A stretch of DNA of 64,000 bases from assembly GCA_903892035.1 (NCBI GenBank), contig CAITGV010000001.1:155624-219623 (forward strand), read 5' to 3'. Origin of the DNA: an uncultured bacterium. Lineage in GTDB: Bacteria; Patescibacteriota; Minisyncoccia; Phycocordibacterales; UBA9973. Below the pieces are notes generated by a model. The model was not told where the DNA came from and made no database searches. It worked only from the letters and a program-made list of their open reading frames with translations. How positions within the stretch are numbered: position 1 is the stretch's first letter; every line of letters starts with the position of its first letter. The translations under genes were made by a program, and so were the position numbers. Positions 16,632 through 26,973 of the stretch are shown one piece after another.

Positions 16632-19390
16632 TAGATTTTCCTATATCTCTCCATCACCTCTCCTTCGACTTCGTCGCGAGGACGACCAAAACGTAGATAT
16701 GAAAGTTCTTTAATATTTGCTAGCATTTCTGGATTACCCTTTGGTGGGAACGGTGTGTGCGAATTGAATGGCTTTGCCGGCATTCCATTTACAAGCATTT
16801 TGATATAACAATTTAGATTTTCAAGTTTGATGATGTCGGTCGGTTTGAAAACTGGTTCAAATATTTTTGCAAAAACTTCTGCATTTTCTGGTGAAACACG
16901 GTGAACCACCATCGTACCTACGTTTCCAAAAACTGCATTTTTAATATTTTCTTCAAGTTGTTCTATGTATTGGTGAGCAACAGTTAATGACAAGCGATAT
17001 TTGCGGGCCTCAGAAAGAATAGTCGAAATAGAATCTGTTGTGACATTTTGGAATTCATCAATATATAAATAAAAGTCATTTACTTTATTTGCGCTTCCTA
17101 CAATGTCCACACGCGAAAGTGCTGCCATTGTAATCTTACCGACTAGTATTAGACCGATAAGGCTTGAGTTTATATCACCAAGTCTGCCTTTTGAAAGATT
17201 CACCAATAGTATTTTCTTTTGATCCATCACATCACGGAAATTGAAAACTGATTTTTGTTGAGCAATAATTGGACGCATTATATCGTTTGAAACGAAAACG
17301 TCAAATTTATTTGTAATATATGGCACAAAGTTTGCCAAACTCTGCTCCCCTGTCGTGCGTTCAGCATTTTCCCAAAATTGACTGATGATCGGATTTTTAC
17401 AATGTGACAATTTCATATCTCGAAATTCCTTGTCAGCAAGTACACGTCCAATTTCAAGAAGAGTCGAGCCAGATTCAGGATGCTCCATCACAAGCAAAGC
17501 GGAATTACGGAAATATTGTTCAAAGGCTGGACCTCCTGCAGTCTTCATATCGAAAAGCTTATTGAAAATTGCCAAAAGTTCATTCACAACAAAAGTTTTT
17601 TGTTCAGGATAGTTTGCGTCAAATTCTAGCATGTTTAGCCCCATTGGTCTTGCAGTATAAGCTGGGTCGAAATAGATAACATCATCAATGCGCTCTTTTG
17701 GAATATTTGCCAATATGTCTTGAATATCACTTCCGTGCGGATCAATAAAACAACAGCCATCACCATTTTTTATGTCTTGAATAATCATATTTTTCAAAAA
17801 TACTGTTTTACCTGTTCCCGTCTGACCGATGACGTACATATGTCGTACGCGATCTTCACGCGACATCACAATTTGTTTCTCTTCTCCGCGATACATATTT
17901 GTACCAAGTACAATTCCAGATGAAGCCATTTCTCTCGGAGCAGGAGCAATAGCAGCTTGAGCTTCTTTGAGTTGAGGAGCAGAAGAAATACCATAAGGGA
18001 AATGGAAAACAGTTGAAAGCTCTTTTAAATTCAAAGGTAAAGTTTCTCTTTCGTTATAAAGACGATAAGAATATTCATGTAAAAGATCTGGTAAACCACG
18101 CTCAGTCACATGACTAAAAACAAAACCATTTGAATTTGTATCATTAAATTGATGAAAAGCTGATTCGAGTTCTTGAAGAATTTGCTTTGCGCGATCTTTT
18201 GTTTCTGCAGATGCCACAATACGAATATTTACAGCCATTATGCTTGATTTTACTTTCTCTGTAATATTTTTTATCGAATCTTCATTTCTCTTTTTTTCTT
18301 TTTCCTTTTCTTTGCTTTCATCTTTGCTGTACCCTACTACAAGTTCCTTCACAGCTTTTCCAAAAGCTTTATCAAATTTACTAAAGAATTTTATTCTTTT
18401 TGCCGCAGACTCTCCTTGCTTTACTTCTTCAAGTACTTCATTAAAATCGTGAATAAACTTTGTACCTTGTGGCTGAATCACAAGTTGTATTGCAGCACCC
18501 TCACCTTCTCTTTTTAACTTTGAAAAAATATTCAAAATAACATTTAATGGGTCATGCTCAAAAGTTTCGTATAATTTTATAGGAAAAACTTCATATCGCT
18601 CATATCCGGCAAATGCTGCCGCTGATGCACCTCCTTCTGTGAAAATATTGTAATCATCTGTGACCTCACGAACTTTTGCATCTTTGTGTACTGAGAGAAT
18701 TTGTTTTTCAAAAAGATCGGCTTTTGATTCTGGAATTGCTGAATAGAAAATAACTTCATCACTAGAATTTGATAGAGCAATTTCCAAAGTATAATGAAAC
18801 TTGCCGTGATTGTCGCGCCCATCTCCGACAGATTGCATACCAGCAAAAAATTGCTCCATTGCGTTTAGAAGTTCTTTGAAACCGCGACTATCTTCCTCGT
18901 CTTTTGCAGGAAGAGTAATTTCAAAAAGCTTCATATGAAGTGACTTTGCTATTTCTGTTCCCTCTTTTAGTCCTGGAAGTGAGTGAGTCGAGGCTAAATA
19001 TTGAACCAAAAATCTATGAAAATCATTATCCAGGTGAGCACTATTCATTTTCTCCACTATTGATAGAGCATTTTTTAGTCCATGCTCGACGATAATACCC
19101 AAAAGCTCTTCAATTTTTTTATCATGCGCTTCGGGTTTCAATGCTAAAATAATGGCTTCAGATTTTTCTTCTGAAAGAATTTTTTCTTGTGGTAATACTT
19201 GCCCGATAGGTATTGCTTTATATTCACGTATTGTCTGATCTGCAATTTTTTCTCTACCCTCCTGCGTACTTTCTCCACCGAGCTCTGCTTCTCTTTTCTG
19301 TAAATGCGCACGCAAATAATTTATCTCTTCTTGTGGAGAATTAAATTTGGGAATTTCTGAACTGCGCAAACCCATTTGTTCCATATGCAC
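16631..19390 (-). CDS. VirB4/TraG/HerA-like ATPase (CPR-type conjugative-transfer-like protein)
   Basis: RHMYVIGQTGTGKT Walker A, IDPHG, LYIDEFQN Walker B, SEARKYRL, AHQYIEQL, GNVGT. Confidence 0.88.
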   Translation of the reverse strand: MHMEQMGLRSSEIPKFNSPQEEINYLRAHLQKREAELGGESTQEGREKIADQTIREYKAIPIGQVLPQEKILSEEKSEAIILALKPEAHDKKIEELLGIIVEHGLKNALSIVEKMNSAHLDNDFHRFLVQYLASTHSLPGLKEGTEIAKSLHMKLFEITLPAKDEEDSRGFKELLNAMEQFFAGMQSVGDGRDNHGKFHYTLEIALSNSSDEVIFYSAIPESKADLFEKQILSVHKDAKVREVTDDYNIFTEGGASAAAFAGYERYEVFPIKLYETFEHDPLNVILNIFSKLKREGEGAAIQLVIQPQGTKFIHDFNEVLEEVKQGESAAKRIKFFSKFDKAFGKAVKELVVGYSKDESKEKEKEKKRNEDSIKNITEKVKSSIMAVNIRIVASAETKDRAKQILQELESAFHQFNDTNSNGFVFSHVTERGLPDLLHEYSYRLYNERETLPLNLKELSTVFHFPYGISSAPQLKEAQAAIAPAPREMASSGIVLGTNMYRGEEKQIVMSREDRVRHMYVIGQTGTGKTVFLKNMIIQDIKNGDGCCFIDPHGSDIQDILANIPKERIDDVIYFDPAYTARPMGLNMLEFDANYPEQKTFVVNELLAIFNKLFDMKTAGGPAFEQYFRNSALLVMEHPESGSTLLEIGRVLADKEFRDMKLSHCKNPIISQFWENAERTTGEQSLANFVPYITNKFDVFVSNDIMRPIIAQQKSVFNFRDVMDQKKILLVNLSKGRLGDINSSLIGLILVGKITMAALSRVDIVGSANKVNDFYLYIDEFQNVTTDSISTILSEARKYRLSLTVAHQYIEQLEENIKNAVFGNVGTMVVHRVSPENAEVFAKIFEPVFKPTDIIKLENLNCYIKMLVNGMPAKPFNSHTPFPPKGNPEMLANIKELSYLRFGRPRDEVEGEVMERYRKI

Positions 19391-19427
19391 AATTATAACC
19401 TATATTTGATTTTGAAAATAGTTTAAT

Positions 19428-20198
19428 TTATGGCAAGGTCAAAATTTCAGGCTCTCCATCGGTAATAAGTACTGTATGTTCGAAATGCACACTTTTTTTA
19501 CCGTCTGCTGTACGAAAAGTGTAGCCATCGCTCCCTACTACGACATCGTGAGTACCCAAATTAAACATTGGTTCAATTGCAATTATCATTCCAGGGATTA
19601 ATTTTTCTTTTGTACCTTTTTTACCAAAATTTGGAACAAAAGGATCTTCGTGAATTTGTTTACCTACGCCGTGACCCGAAAGTACACGCACAATTCCATA
19701 TTTATATTTATCTCCCACAGCTTGTATTGCGAAACCTATGTCTCCGACACGCCCCCCACCGCGAGCTTCAAAAATTCCTGCCATCATTCCATCATGAGTA
19801 TTTTTTATTAAATCTTCATCTTTTTTTGAAATTTTTCCTACCGGTACGGTGATAGCGTGGTCGGTAAAAAGTCCTTTGTGTTTTAAACCAAGGTCGAGTG
19901 AAACAATATCACCTTCTTTTAAAATTTTATCTTTCTTTGGTATACCGTGCACCACTTCATTGTTTACAGATACACAAAGTGATGCAGGATAAGGAGCAGA
20001 CTGCCCGCTTGGCTTGTAACCCTTAAATGCTGGCTCATCTCCACCTTCACGAATCAATTTTTCCGCATATTCATCGAGCTCCCACGTCGAAACTCCTGGT
20101 GCAACGTGCTTTGCAACCTTTTGAAGCACAGTAGCCAATCTCTTCCCCCCTTCCCGTATTATCTCAATTTCCTCTTTTGTTTTAATAATTATTCCCAT
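19428..20198 (-). CDS. map: methionine aminopeptidase type I
   Basis: SVNNEVVHGIP, GHGVGKQIHEDP, AIEPM, HFEHT. Confidence 0.97.
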   Translation of the reverse strand: MGIIIKTKEEIEIIREGGKRLATVLQKVAKHVAPGVSTWELDEYAEKLIREGGDEPAFKGYKPSGQSAPYPASLCVSVNNEVVHGIPKKDKILKEGDIVSLDLGLKHKGLFTDHAITVPVGKISKKDEDLIKNTHDGMMAGIFEARGGGRVGDIGFAIQAVGDKYKYGIVRVLSGHGVGKQIHEDPFVPNFGKKGTKEKLIPGMIIAIEPMFNLGTHDVVVGSDGYTFRTADGKKSVHFEHTVLITDGEPEILTLP

Positions 20199-20233
20199 AT
20201 TGCTACATTAACACAGTAGAGAAAAAATATAAA

Positions 20234-21550
20234 CTACGCCACTTCTTGCTGGTAGCAAGATTCACAGTAAACTATGTCGGAATTTTTTGGATCAAAGCCT
20301 GTCATAAAAGTATTTTCACAAGGTGAATTACCGTGGTCATGTATTATTCCATTTGTATAATTACCCACTGAGGAGTTTACACCAGCGCATTCACATTTTC
20401 TTTCAAATAAATGAATGCCGTGTCGCAAAGAAAGTCTCTCCATCGTGCGACAAGCAAAACAAAGTGTCGGAAGTGGCACACCAATTTTTTTATAGAATGA
20501 AAGTTCATTTGGAATAATTCTAAATGCTTTTGTACAATTGTGATTACAATTCGTCTTATGTGCACATTCTATTATTTCTTTTGTAATGCTTTCATCTGTA
20601 TTTAAAATATCACTAGGAATATTTTCAGAAAGAATTGTCGGTACATAGGTCTTTGTATCAACATCTTTCCATCTGTAACCCTGCTCTACTGCTTCCTCTT
20701 TTGTAAGTGGAAAATATTCTTGCGCTATTGTTTCATTGTAAGCCCAAGGACTCATTTCTGTAGGATAAAATTCACCATATTTATAAATATGACCCTTATT
20801 GTCGACATATGGCATATCTATCATGTGTTGTTTTATTTTTGGTATTAATTCTTCAAATTCTTCTTTTGTGTACTGTTTATTCAAAATACAAAATTCTTTT
20901 TTGCGGAGACCAACACAACCAAAAAGGTCGCTTACACCTCGGCACGCAATTGCATATTCTGTGTCATGAGAACTTTCTTGTGTGAGAAAAGCAAACTTTA
21001 TATTCTGCACTCCCGATCCACAAGAAATTGCTTCATAAACCATCTCAGCACCATCTCCCCAATTTGAATAATCATAACAATCTTTTGATCCAGGAGTTTC
21101 TTGAATGTACTGACAATATTTCAAATTTTCACTCTCTCTTATCAAAAATGAATCGTGAACATTTTTTGAATTTGTCACATACGAACCTGTGCAATCAATA
21201 TTTTTTACACCTTGATGATTTTTATTTGGAAATTTTTTCCAAAATTCTCTAGTGTCTTTCAGCGCCTTTTCTATCCCTTCTCGAGTATATAATTTATATT
21301 CCGCCACCTTTTTATCATATTCCTCTTTTGAATATTGCTCATTGAAAAAACAATGATTCTTTTTCTTTAAGTTCACGCAACCAAAACAATCCATGCACCC
21401 TTGGCAATCTCGAGAAAACCAAAGGTCAGACGAATCAACACATTGTGAAGAAAAATGTACTCGATAGCAAGAAGACAACCAGAAACTTTGATAGCAGGTC
21501 TCGGCTTTTGAAACGTGAGAAACGTCGACACAGTCACGAGAAAAATTTAC
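20234..21550 (-). pseudogene. cysteine-rich CPR-type protein, apparently 5'-truncated
   Basis: Cys-rich repeats (DCFGCVNLKKKNHC, GCVGLRKKEFCILNKQY), YGEFYP, LSFYKKIGVPLPTLC, IVYCESCYQQEV; the expected N-terminal Zn-ribbon segment is absent and replaced by antisense sequence of another gene. Confidence 0.6.
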
Positions 21551-21692
21551 AGCGACACAATGGATCGTAGGAGAATACATCATTACTATCGTACAAGACG
21601 GCGCGCATCACACCCTCATCCAAACTCGCGATCAAATCCTCGCGGAAAATCTCCGCAATGTATTCAGCTATGCGTGGAATACAGTTGCGTAA
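21540..21692 (+). pseudogene. C-terminal fragment of a TrmB-like transcriptional regulator
   Basis: Frame EKFTATQWIVGEYIITIVQDGAHHTLIQTRDQILAENLRNVFSYAWNTVA* has no start codon (upstream stop at 21516); GC-richer than its flanks. Confidence 0.5.
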
Positions 21693-21695
21693 TTT

Positions 21696-22520
21696 TTATT
21701 TTAATTTCTTATTACTCTTTTGTTTCAAAAAATTATTCTTTGTGACCACTGAACGCCCGAGTTGTTTTTCCAGATTCTTGCGCGCTACGCCTGCCACATT
21801 TCCACCACGCTTTGCATCCTTTTTCAATTTTCCAACTCCTTTTGAATTTTCATTCCTATGAATTTCCGTCGTCGAACGCTCGCCGAGCATGCTGAATATC
21901 AGCTCAAAATCATCCATATGATCCCGCAAATTCTGCCTTTGCAAGCCTTTCAGATTTTTGTATTCGCTTGGAGTTACACCAAAAGTCGCTTTGGAAATTT
22001 CAGCTGTCAGGATTTCATAATCCTTATCCTCTTTTGCTCCGCGGTTTTTCCATTCATCCGTGAGCTCTTCGCGAATCACGATTCCACGCATTCTTTTTTC
22101 TATCCAGTCATCACTGTAGCCTTTCAGTTTATATAGCACTCTGGTGCGCTTGGTTGCAAGCTCAGGATTCTCGATCTCCTGCACTCTTTCAAAGCCCACC
22201 TTCGCAAGCCAGCGTTTTACAGGTTCTGCTTTCGGAGAAGGTATTGATTGAATTATACGAAAAAGTCCTTCAACGTTAGCACAATCAGTCTCATATTTTT
22301 TTCCATCAGAAGCTTCTAATTTCAGTTGTACCCAATTTGGGTACAACTGATTTTCAGTAAATTCTCTATCCTTAATTTTACGCCAATACTGACTAGGGTT
22401 AGGGCTGTCCGTTAATACCTCAATCACATCAACCACAGAAAAATACCACTCATTTTTATAAAATATTCTCCTCACTTTTTTCCCTTTGAACAGGGTAATA
22501 TTTTTTATGACTTCATCCAT
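21696..22520 (-). CDS. Bro-N domain protein (phage antirepressor-like)
   Basis: KVRR..EWYFSVVDVIEVLTDS, SDGKKYETD, IIQSIPSPKAEP, NLRDHMDDFELIF. Confidence 0.9.
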   Translation of the reverse strand: MDEVIKNITLFKGKKVRRIFYKNEWYFSVVDVIEVLTDSPNPSQYWRKIKDREFTENQLYPNWVQLKLEASDGKKYETDCANVEGLFRIIQSIPSPKAEPVKRWLAKVGFERVQEIENPELATKRTRVLYKLKGYSDDWIEKRMRGIVIREELTDEWKNRGAKEDKDYEILTAEISKATFGVTPSEYKNLKGLQRQNLRDHMDDFELIFSMLGERSTTEIHRNENSKGVGKLKKDAKRGGNVAGVARKNLEKQLGRSVVTKNNFLKQKSNKKLK

Positions 22521-22650
22521 TTGTCTATTATATAGTGAACATACGTTCACAGTCAATGTGTATAACTTAGAGATTTACATTAATTAAATATCTTATTCAA
22601 TAATTTACTACCCTACAATCAGCTCACGAATAAACAATTAATTCATATAT

Positions 22651-22866
22651 TTATTTTTTCTTCTCCTTTATATAATCAAAAACTACAACCAATATATACA
22701 CGGCTTGCAAGATAATAAAAATCAAATCTTTAAGATAAATACTATATATCAAAAGTCCAATTCCTCCAAAAAAGGAAAAAACATCACGTACGCTACGCTT
22801 TTTCACAACCATAGCCACACAAATAAATACGAGTCCCAATATTCCAATGTATTTATATATATTCAC
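22651..22866 (-). CDS. small membrane protein (3 TM)
   Basis: Hydrophobic 71 aa with GGIGLLIYSIYLKDLIFIILQ; follows pyrH. Confidence 0.7.
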   Translation of the reverse strand: MNIYKYIGILGLVFICVAMVVKKRSVRDVFSFFGGIGLLIYSIYLKDLIFIILQAVYILVVVFDYIKEKKK

Positions 22867-22874
22867 TTTTAATA

Positions 22875-23561
22875 TTATTTTATTACCGTCCCTACAAATT
22901 CTTTTCCGTCGAAATAGTTTGCGAGATTTTCTAGGTTTTTGCCATTCATTACAGCGACTTCTAGGCCAAGATTTTGCGCCATTTCGGCTGCGACTGGATC
23001 AAAAGGAGCATTTATACCGGGGTTCCACTCTTTTGGTAGAAGCGCGCGGAAATCTGCCCAGTTGCTTTGCTTTATGGGCGTTGCGGTGGGGTCTTTTCGA
23101 GGGTCGGCAGTATATACATAGTCAATATTTGAAAGGTTAATTAATTTCTTTGCACCCAAAGCTTTTGCAAGGGCCACAGCCGAACCGTCACTCGAATGTC
23201 CCGGCTTCCACCCTCCACCAACTAAAATAGGCTTATCGGTGATTTTTGGGGCTTGTGGGTCGAGAAATATCGCAGGTTCTGCCATGTCGCCAAAAGAAAA
23301 ACGCAAAAGCTCGGCATTTAGGCGAGTAGCCGAAATGCCGAGCCAATCTAGGTCAGTCGAAGAAGGAGAGGTAATTTTTTCTAAAGCTTCATTGTAGTAT
23401 CGGCAAATTTTTCCGCCTCCTGTGATGATTGCAAATTTTTGTCCTTTTAGAACATAGCTTTCAATTAATTTTTTGAAACCTGAAATAAATTCCACATCAA
23501 TGCTTTCTGGAAAAATAAGCGACCCCCCGAGCGATATTACGATATATGAATTATTTTCCAT
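22875..23561 (-). CDS. pyrH: UMP kinase, archaeal-type
   Basis: VISLGGS, ITGGGK, D.LGI.ATRLNA, GG..PGHSSD, VYTADP, PFDP. Confidence 0.92.
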   Translation of the reverse strand: MENNSYIVISLGGSLIFPESIDVEFISGFKKLIESYVLKGQKFAIITGGGKICRYYNEALEKITSPSSTDLDWLGISATRLNAELLRFSFGDMAEPAIFLDPQAPKITDKPILVGGGWKPGHSSDGSAVALAKALGAKKLINLSNIDYVYTADPRKDPTATPIKQSNWADFRALLPKEWNPGINAPFDPVAAEMAQNLGLEVAVMNGKNLENLANYFDGKEFVGTVIK

Positions 23562-23562
23562 T

Positions 23563-24159
23563 TTATAAATTTAATGTTTTCTTAATATCTTCGTGTACTT
23601 GCTCAACTGTTTGTTCACCATTAATCTTATACAAAGTGTAACCAGGTTTTTCATTGAAATAATTCATAGCTGGAATAACGTTATTTGTATACTCATCAAA
23701 ACGACGACTGATACCTGCATCAGTATCGTCAGAACGTCCACGCAATTTCATTCTACGAACAGCTTCTTCTTTAGTAATATCAATATAAACAATTTTTACT
23801 TCTCCGCGTGAATAAAAATTTATTGCAGACTCAAAGGCTTTTGCTTGATCAAGTGTTCTTGGGTAACCATCTGCAATTAAGTGTTTTTCTGGTGTAAGAG
23901 AATTCAATAGTATATTTGTAAAAATTGCGATAGTAAGAAAATCAGGTTGAAGATGACCAAGCTCAAATGTCTTTTTAACAAGTCCTCCAGTATAACTATT
24001 TACGTCTTGTGTAAGTTTTAAATATTCACCACCTGGGTATGCGTAAACGTTTTCAACACTAGGGTACTTTTGCTTCAAAAGCTCTTGCAATAGCTTTATT
24101 TGTGTTCCCTTTCCAGACCCAACGATTCCAAAAAATACAAATGTATAAGGTTTTTCCAT
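23563..24159 (-). CDS. adk: adenylate kinase family protein
   Basis: GIVGSGKGTQ, DGYPRT, RGRSDD; follows secY. Confidence 0.9.
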   Translation of the reverse strand: MEKPYTFVFFGIVGSGKGTQIKLLQELLKQKYPSVENVYAYPGGEYLKLTQDVNSYTGGLVKKTFELGHLQPDFLTIAIFTNILLNSLTPEKHLIADGYPRTLDQAKAFESAINFYSRGEVKIVYIDITKEEAVRRMKLRGRSDDTDAGISRRFDEYTNNVIPAMNYFNEKPGYTLYKINGEQTVEQVHEDIKKTLNL

Positions 24160-24172
24160 ATGCTGATTATAT

Positions 24173-24216
24173 ACAAAAAATCCCTAAAATCAAATTGATT
24201 TTAGGGATTTTTTGTA
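24173..24216 (-). terminator. terminator hairpin after secY
   Basis: tacaaaaaatccctaaaatcaa-a-ttgattttagggattttttgta. Confidence 0.75.
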
Positions 24217-24249
24217 TAAGATGTAAGTTATAAGATTTGAGATTTGGTA

Positions 24250-25521
24250 CTAGTATTCTCTCATGGAAAGTTGAGCATCGACTTTCTTTATGAGGTCAAG
24301 GACAACAGAGACAACGATGAGAAGCGCTGTACCACCGATAGCTATTGCGGTGATGCCAGTAAGAGCACGCACGACCAACGGAAGCACCGCAACCAAACCA
24401 AGAAAGGCAGCACCGACAAATGTAATACGACTTACAACTTTTGCAATGTATGCTTCTGTTGAATCACCTGGTCTGATACCTGGAATAAATGCACCATTTT
24501 TTTGTAAGTTTACAGAAAGAGCATGTGGATCGAAAGTCACAGCTGTATAGAAGTAAGTAAACAAAAATACAAGTATGAAGTATACAAGAGAATACAACCA
24601 TGTAGTATTTAAGAAACCTGTAAGCAAATGTGAAATTGAAAGCAAAATGTGTTTTGATGAAGTCGCAAGGAAGTTTGCAATCATTTGAGGGAATAAAAGA
24701 ATTGAAAGTGCAAAGATGATTGGAATAACTCCAGCTTGGTTTATGCGAAGAGGAATGTAAGTAGAAACTCCACCGTACATTTTTGCTCCACGTACACGCT
24801 TTGCATATGTGACAGGTATTGGTCTTTCTGCTTCTGTAACAACTACAACTCCAGCAATAACAATAATAGCTGCCACGATAAATGCGATATAGAGTGGAAT
24901 TTGTGAAGCATCAAAAGTAAACATCAATTGACTAACTTCTTTTGGAATAGCTGACACGATACCTGCAAAAATAATTAGTGATACTCCATTTCCAATACCG
25001 TATTCACTCATAAGTTCTCCAAGCCACATCAGTAGCATTGAACCAGCAATAACTACGATGAGGTTTGTAACCATTGAAAAAGTAGTCAAAGTTCCAAGTA
25101 CTCCAGACTTATTCAAAAGAACCATAAGTCCAAAACCTTGAATTGCTGCGAGAGGAACTGTGATCAAACGTGAGTATTGTGTAAATTTCTTTCTTCCAAT
25201 TTCCCCTTCTTCACTATACATTTCCTTCAACTTTGGAATCATGATCGTAAGCAATTGCATGATAATAGATGAAGTGATGTATGGACCTACTCCAAGCATT
25301 ATGATTGAAAGTTTTGAAAGACCTCCACCAGAGAAAACGTTTAAGATTCCAAAGAATTGGTTATTTGAGAGAAATGCTGCGAGCTTTGTAGAATCGATTC
25401 CAGGAATTGGAATTGCAGCAAGTACACGGAAAACAAACAAAGCAAAAATCACAAATAGTATGCGCTTTCGCAAATCCCTATCTCCGAAAATTACTTTAAT
25501 TTTGTGTATGAAATTGTCCAT
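24250..25521 (-). CDS. secY: preprotein translocase subunit SecY
   Basis: LGVGPYITSSIIMQLL, GIGNGVSLIIF, AGVIPIIFA, FIPGIRPG, GGTALLIVV. Confidence 0.98.
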   Translation of the reverse strand: MDNFIHKIKVIFGDRDLRKRILFVIFALFVFRVLAAIPIPGIDSTKLAAFLSNNQFFGILNVFSGGGLSKLSIIMLGVGPYITSSIIMQLLTIMIPKLKEMYSEEGEIGRKKFTQYSRLITVPLAAIQGFGLMVLLNKSGVLGTLTTFSMVTNLIVVIAGSMLLMWLGELMSEYGIGNGVSLIIFAGIVSAIPKEVSQLMFTFDASQIPLYIAFIVAAIIVIAGVVVVTEAERPIPVTYAKRVRGAKMYGGVSTYIPLRINQAGVIPIIFALSILLFPQMIANFLATSSKHILLSISHLLTGFLNTTWLYSLVYFILVFLFTYFYTAVTFDPHALSVNLQKNGAFIPGIRPGDSTEAYIAKVVSRITFVGAAFLGLVAVLPLVVRALTGITAIAIGGTALLIVVSVVLDLIKKVDAQLSMREY

Positions 25522-25525
25522 TTTA

Positions 25526-25957
25526 TTACTTTACTGTTCCTCCGGCTTTCTCTATCTTCTCTTTTGCAACTGCTGAAACTGTACAACCTACGAAATTCAA
25601 TTTCTTTGAAATAGTACCGACTGAAAGAATTTTTACTTTTTGAGTCTTTCCAGAAACTTGTTTTATGATTTTCTTGTCAGCTAAGATAGTTGGTGAAATA
25701 GTATCTCCATCTTTAAAAATCTTATCAAAAGCAGAAAGGTTTAATACAGCTGGCTTGTCTTTAATTGAAGCAAATTTGTATCCGCGCTTTTTTGGAATTT
25801 TCTTGATGATGTCTCGCATTTCAGGACGCTTTCTGTGACCTGCACGAGCATTTTGACCCTTTGTACCACGACCAGAAGTTTTACCATGACGTCCACCACG
25901 ACCGATGTAACGCTTTTTCTTATTCTTTGTCTTTCTTTTTATATCGTGAATTTGCAT
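25526..25957 (-). CDS. rplO: 50S ribosomal protein L15
   Basis: GRGG..GKTSGRGTKGQNAR, AKEKIEKAGG. Confidence 0.97.
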   Translation of the reverse strand: MQIHDIKRKTKNKKKRYIGRGGRHGKTSGRGTKGQNARAGHRKRPEMRDIIKKIPKKRGYKFASIKDKPAVLNLSAFDKIFKDGDTISPTILADKKIIKQVSGKTQKVKILSVGTISKKLNFVGCTVSAVAKEKIEKAGGTVK

Positions 25958-25967
25958 ATATTTAAAA

Positions 25968-26588
25968 TTATTTTGCTACCTCGGCTAGTGTCTCAGGTAC
26001 TACGACTGTGGGTGTAATTTCTGGAACAATTACTTGTGTAATTTTCTTTGCTGAAAGTTGTGCAAGTGCTGCCATAACTGCGCGACCATTGTTTAAACGA
26101 TTCTTACTTCCTGAATGAAGTTTTGAAGTGACATTTTTAAGACCTGCAAGAGTAAGTATATCACGAGCTGTACTTCCAGCTACAAGACCTTTTCCTCTGT
26201 TTGGCATGATTGTGATTTTTGCACTTGAAAACTTTGCAGAAACATCGTAAGGAATAGACATATCTTTTGTAGTCTTGATTTTGATCATTTGCTTACGAGC
26301 AGAACGGAGAGCTTTGTTGATAGCGAGTGCTGTGTCTCCAGCTTTTCCTGTACCCATTCCTACAGAACCTTTCTTGTCCCCTATTGCAAGTGCAACAGCA
26401 AAACTCATACGGCGTCCTCCAGAAACCACGCGAGTAACGCGACGGATTGAAATTATTTTTTGATCAAATTCTGGTTTTGGTCGATCTGCAAAAGTACGAG
26501 GTCCGCGGTCACCGCGTCCTTTAAAAGGAGGGCGTCCATTTGCACCACCTGCAGGAAAACTTTTTTTTGTGTCTTGAGTATTATCCAT
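25968..26588 (-). CDS. rpsE: 30S ribosomal protein S5
   Basis: IRRVTRVVSGGRRMSF, GDKKGSVGMG. Confidence 0.97.
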   Translation of the reverse strand: MDNTQDTKKSFPAGGANGRPPFKGRGDRGPRTFADRPKPEFDQKIISIRRVTRVVSGGRRMSFAVALAIGDKKGSVGMGTGKAGDTALAINKALRSARKQMIKIKTTKDMSIPYDVSAKFSSAKITIMPNRGKGLVAGSTARDILTLAGLKNVTSKLHSGSKNRLNNGRAVMAALAQLSAKKITQVIVPEITPTVVVPETLAEVAK

Positions 26589-26593
26589 ATAAT

Positions 26594-26944
26594 TTAAAAT
26601 TTAAGACCTGCCGCACGTGCTGCATCAGCAAGCTCTTTCACTCGGCCAGTGTACTTGAAACCGTTACGGTCAAATACAACACTTGTAATTTTCAAAGCTT
26701 TTGCACTACCCGCAACAGCTGTACCGACTTTCTTTGCGCGTTCTACTTTTGTACCACTCTTTTCTGTGACATCTGAAGCAGAAACCAAAGTCTTGCCAGC
26801 ATTGTCGTCAATGATTTGAGCGTACATGAATTTATTTGATTTGAAAACAGAAAGACGTGGACAATCTGCTGTACCAAAAATCTTTGCACGAATTTTTGCC
26901 TTTAATCGAAGTCTCTTTACTGTTTTGATTGATGTCTTTTTCAT
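26594..26944 (-). CDS. rplR: 50S ribosomal protein L18
   Basis: [31 protein letters not shown]. Confidence 0.97.
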   Translation of the reverse strand: MKKTSIKTVKRLRLKAKIRAKIFGTADCPRLSVFKSNKFMYAQIIDDNAGKTLVSASDVTEKSGTKVERAKKVGTAVAGSAKALKITSVVFDRNGFKYTGRVKELADAARAAGLKF

Positions 26945-26948
26945 AGTT

Positions 26949-26971
26949 TTAGAAATTAGTCATTAGAAATT
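26949..26971. repeat. tandem heptamer repeat (TTAGNNA)3
   Basis: ttagaaa ttagtca ttagaaa tt in the rplF-rplR spacer. Confidence 0.6.
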
Positions 26972-26973
26972 CT

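Noticed and set aside
21696-22520. Prophage suggested by the Bro-N gene
   Set aside because: No integrase, structural, terminase or replication genes in the vicinity
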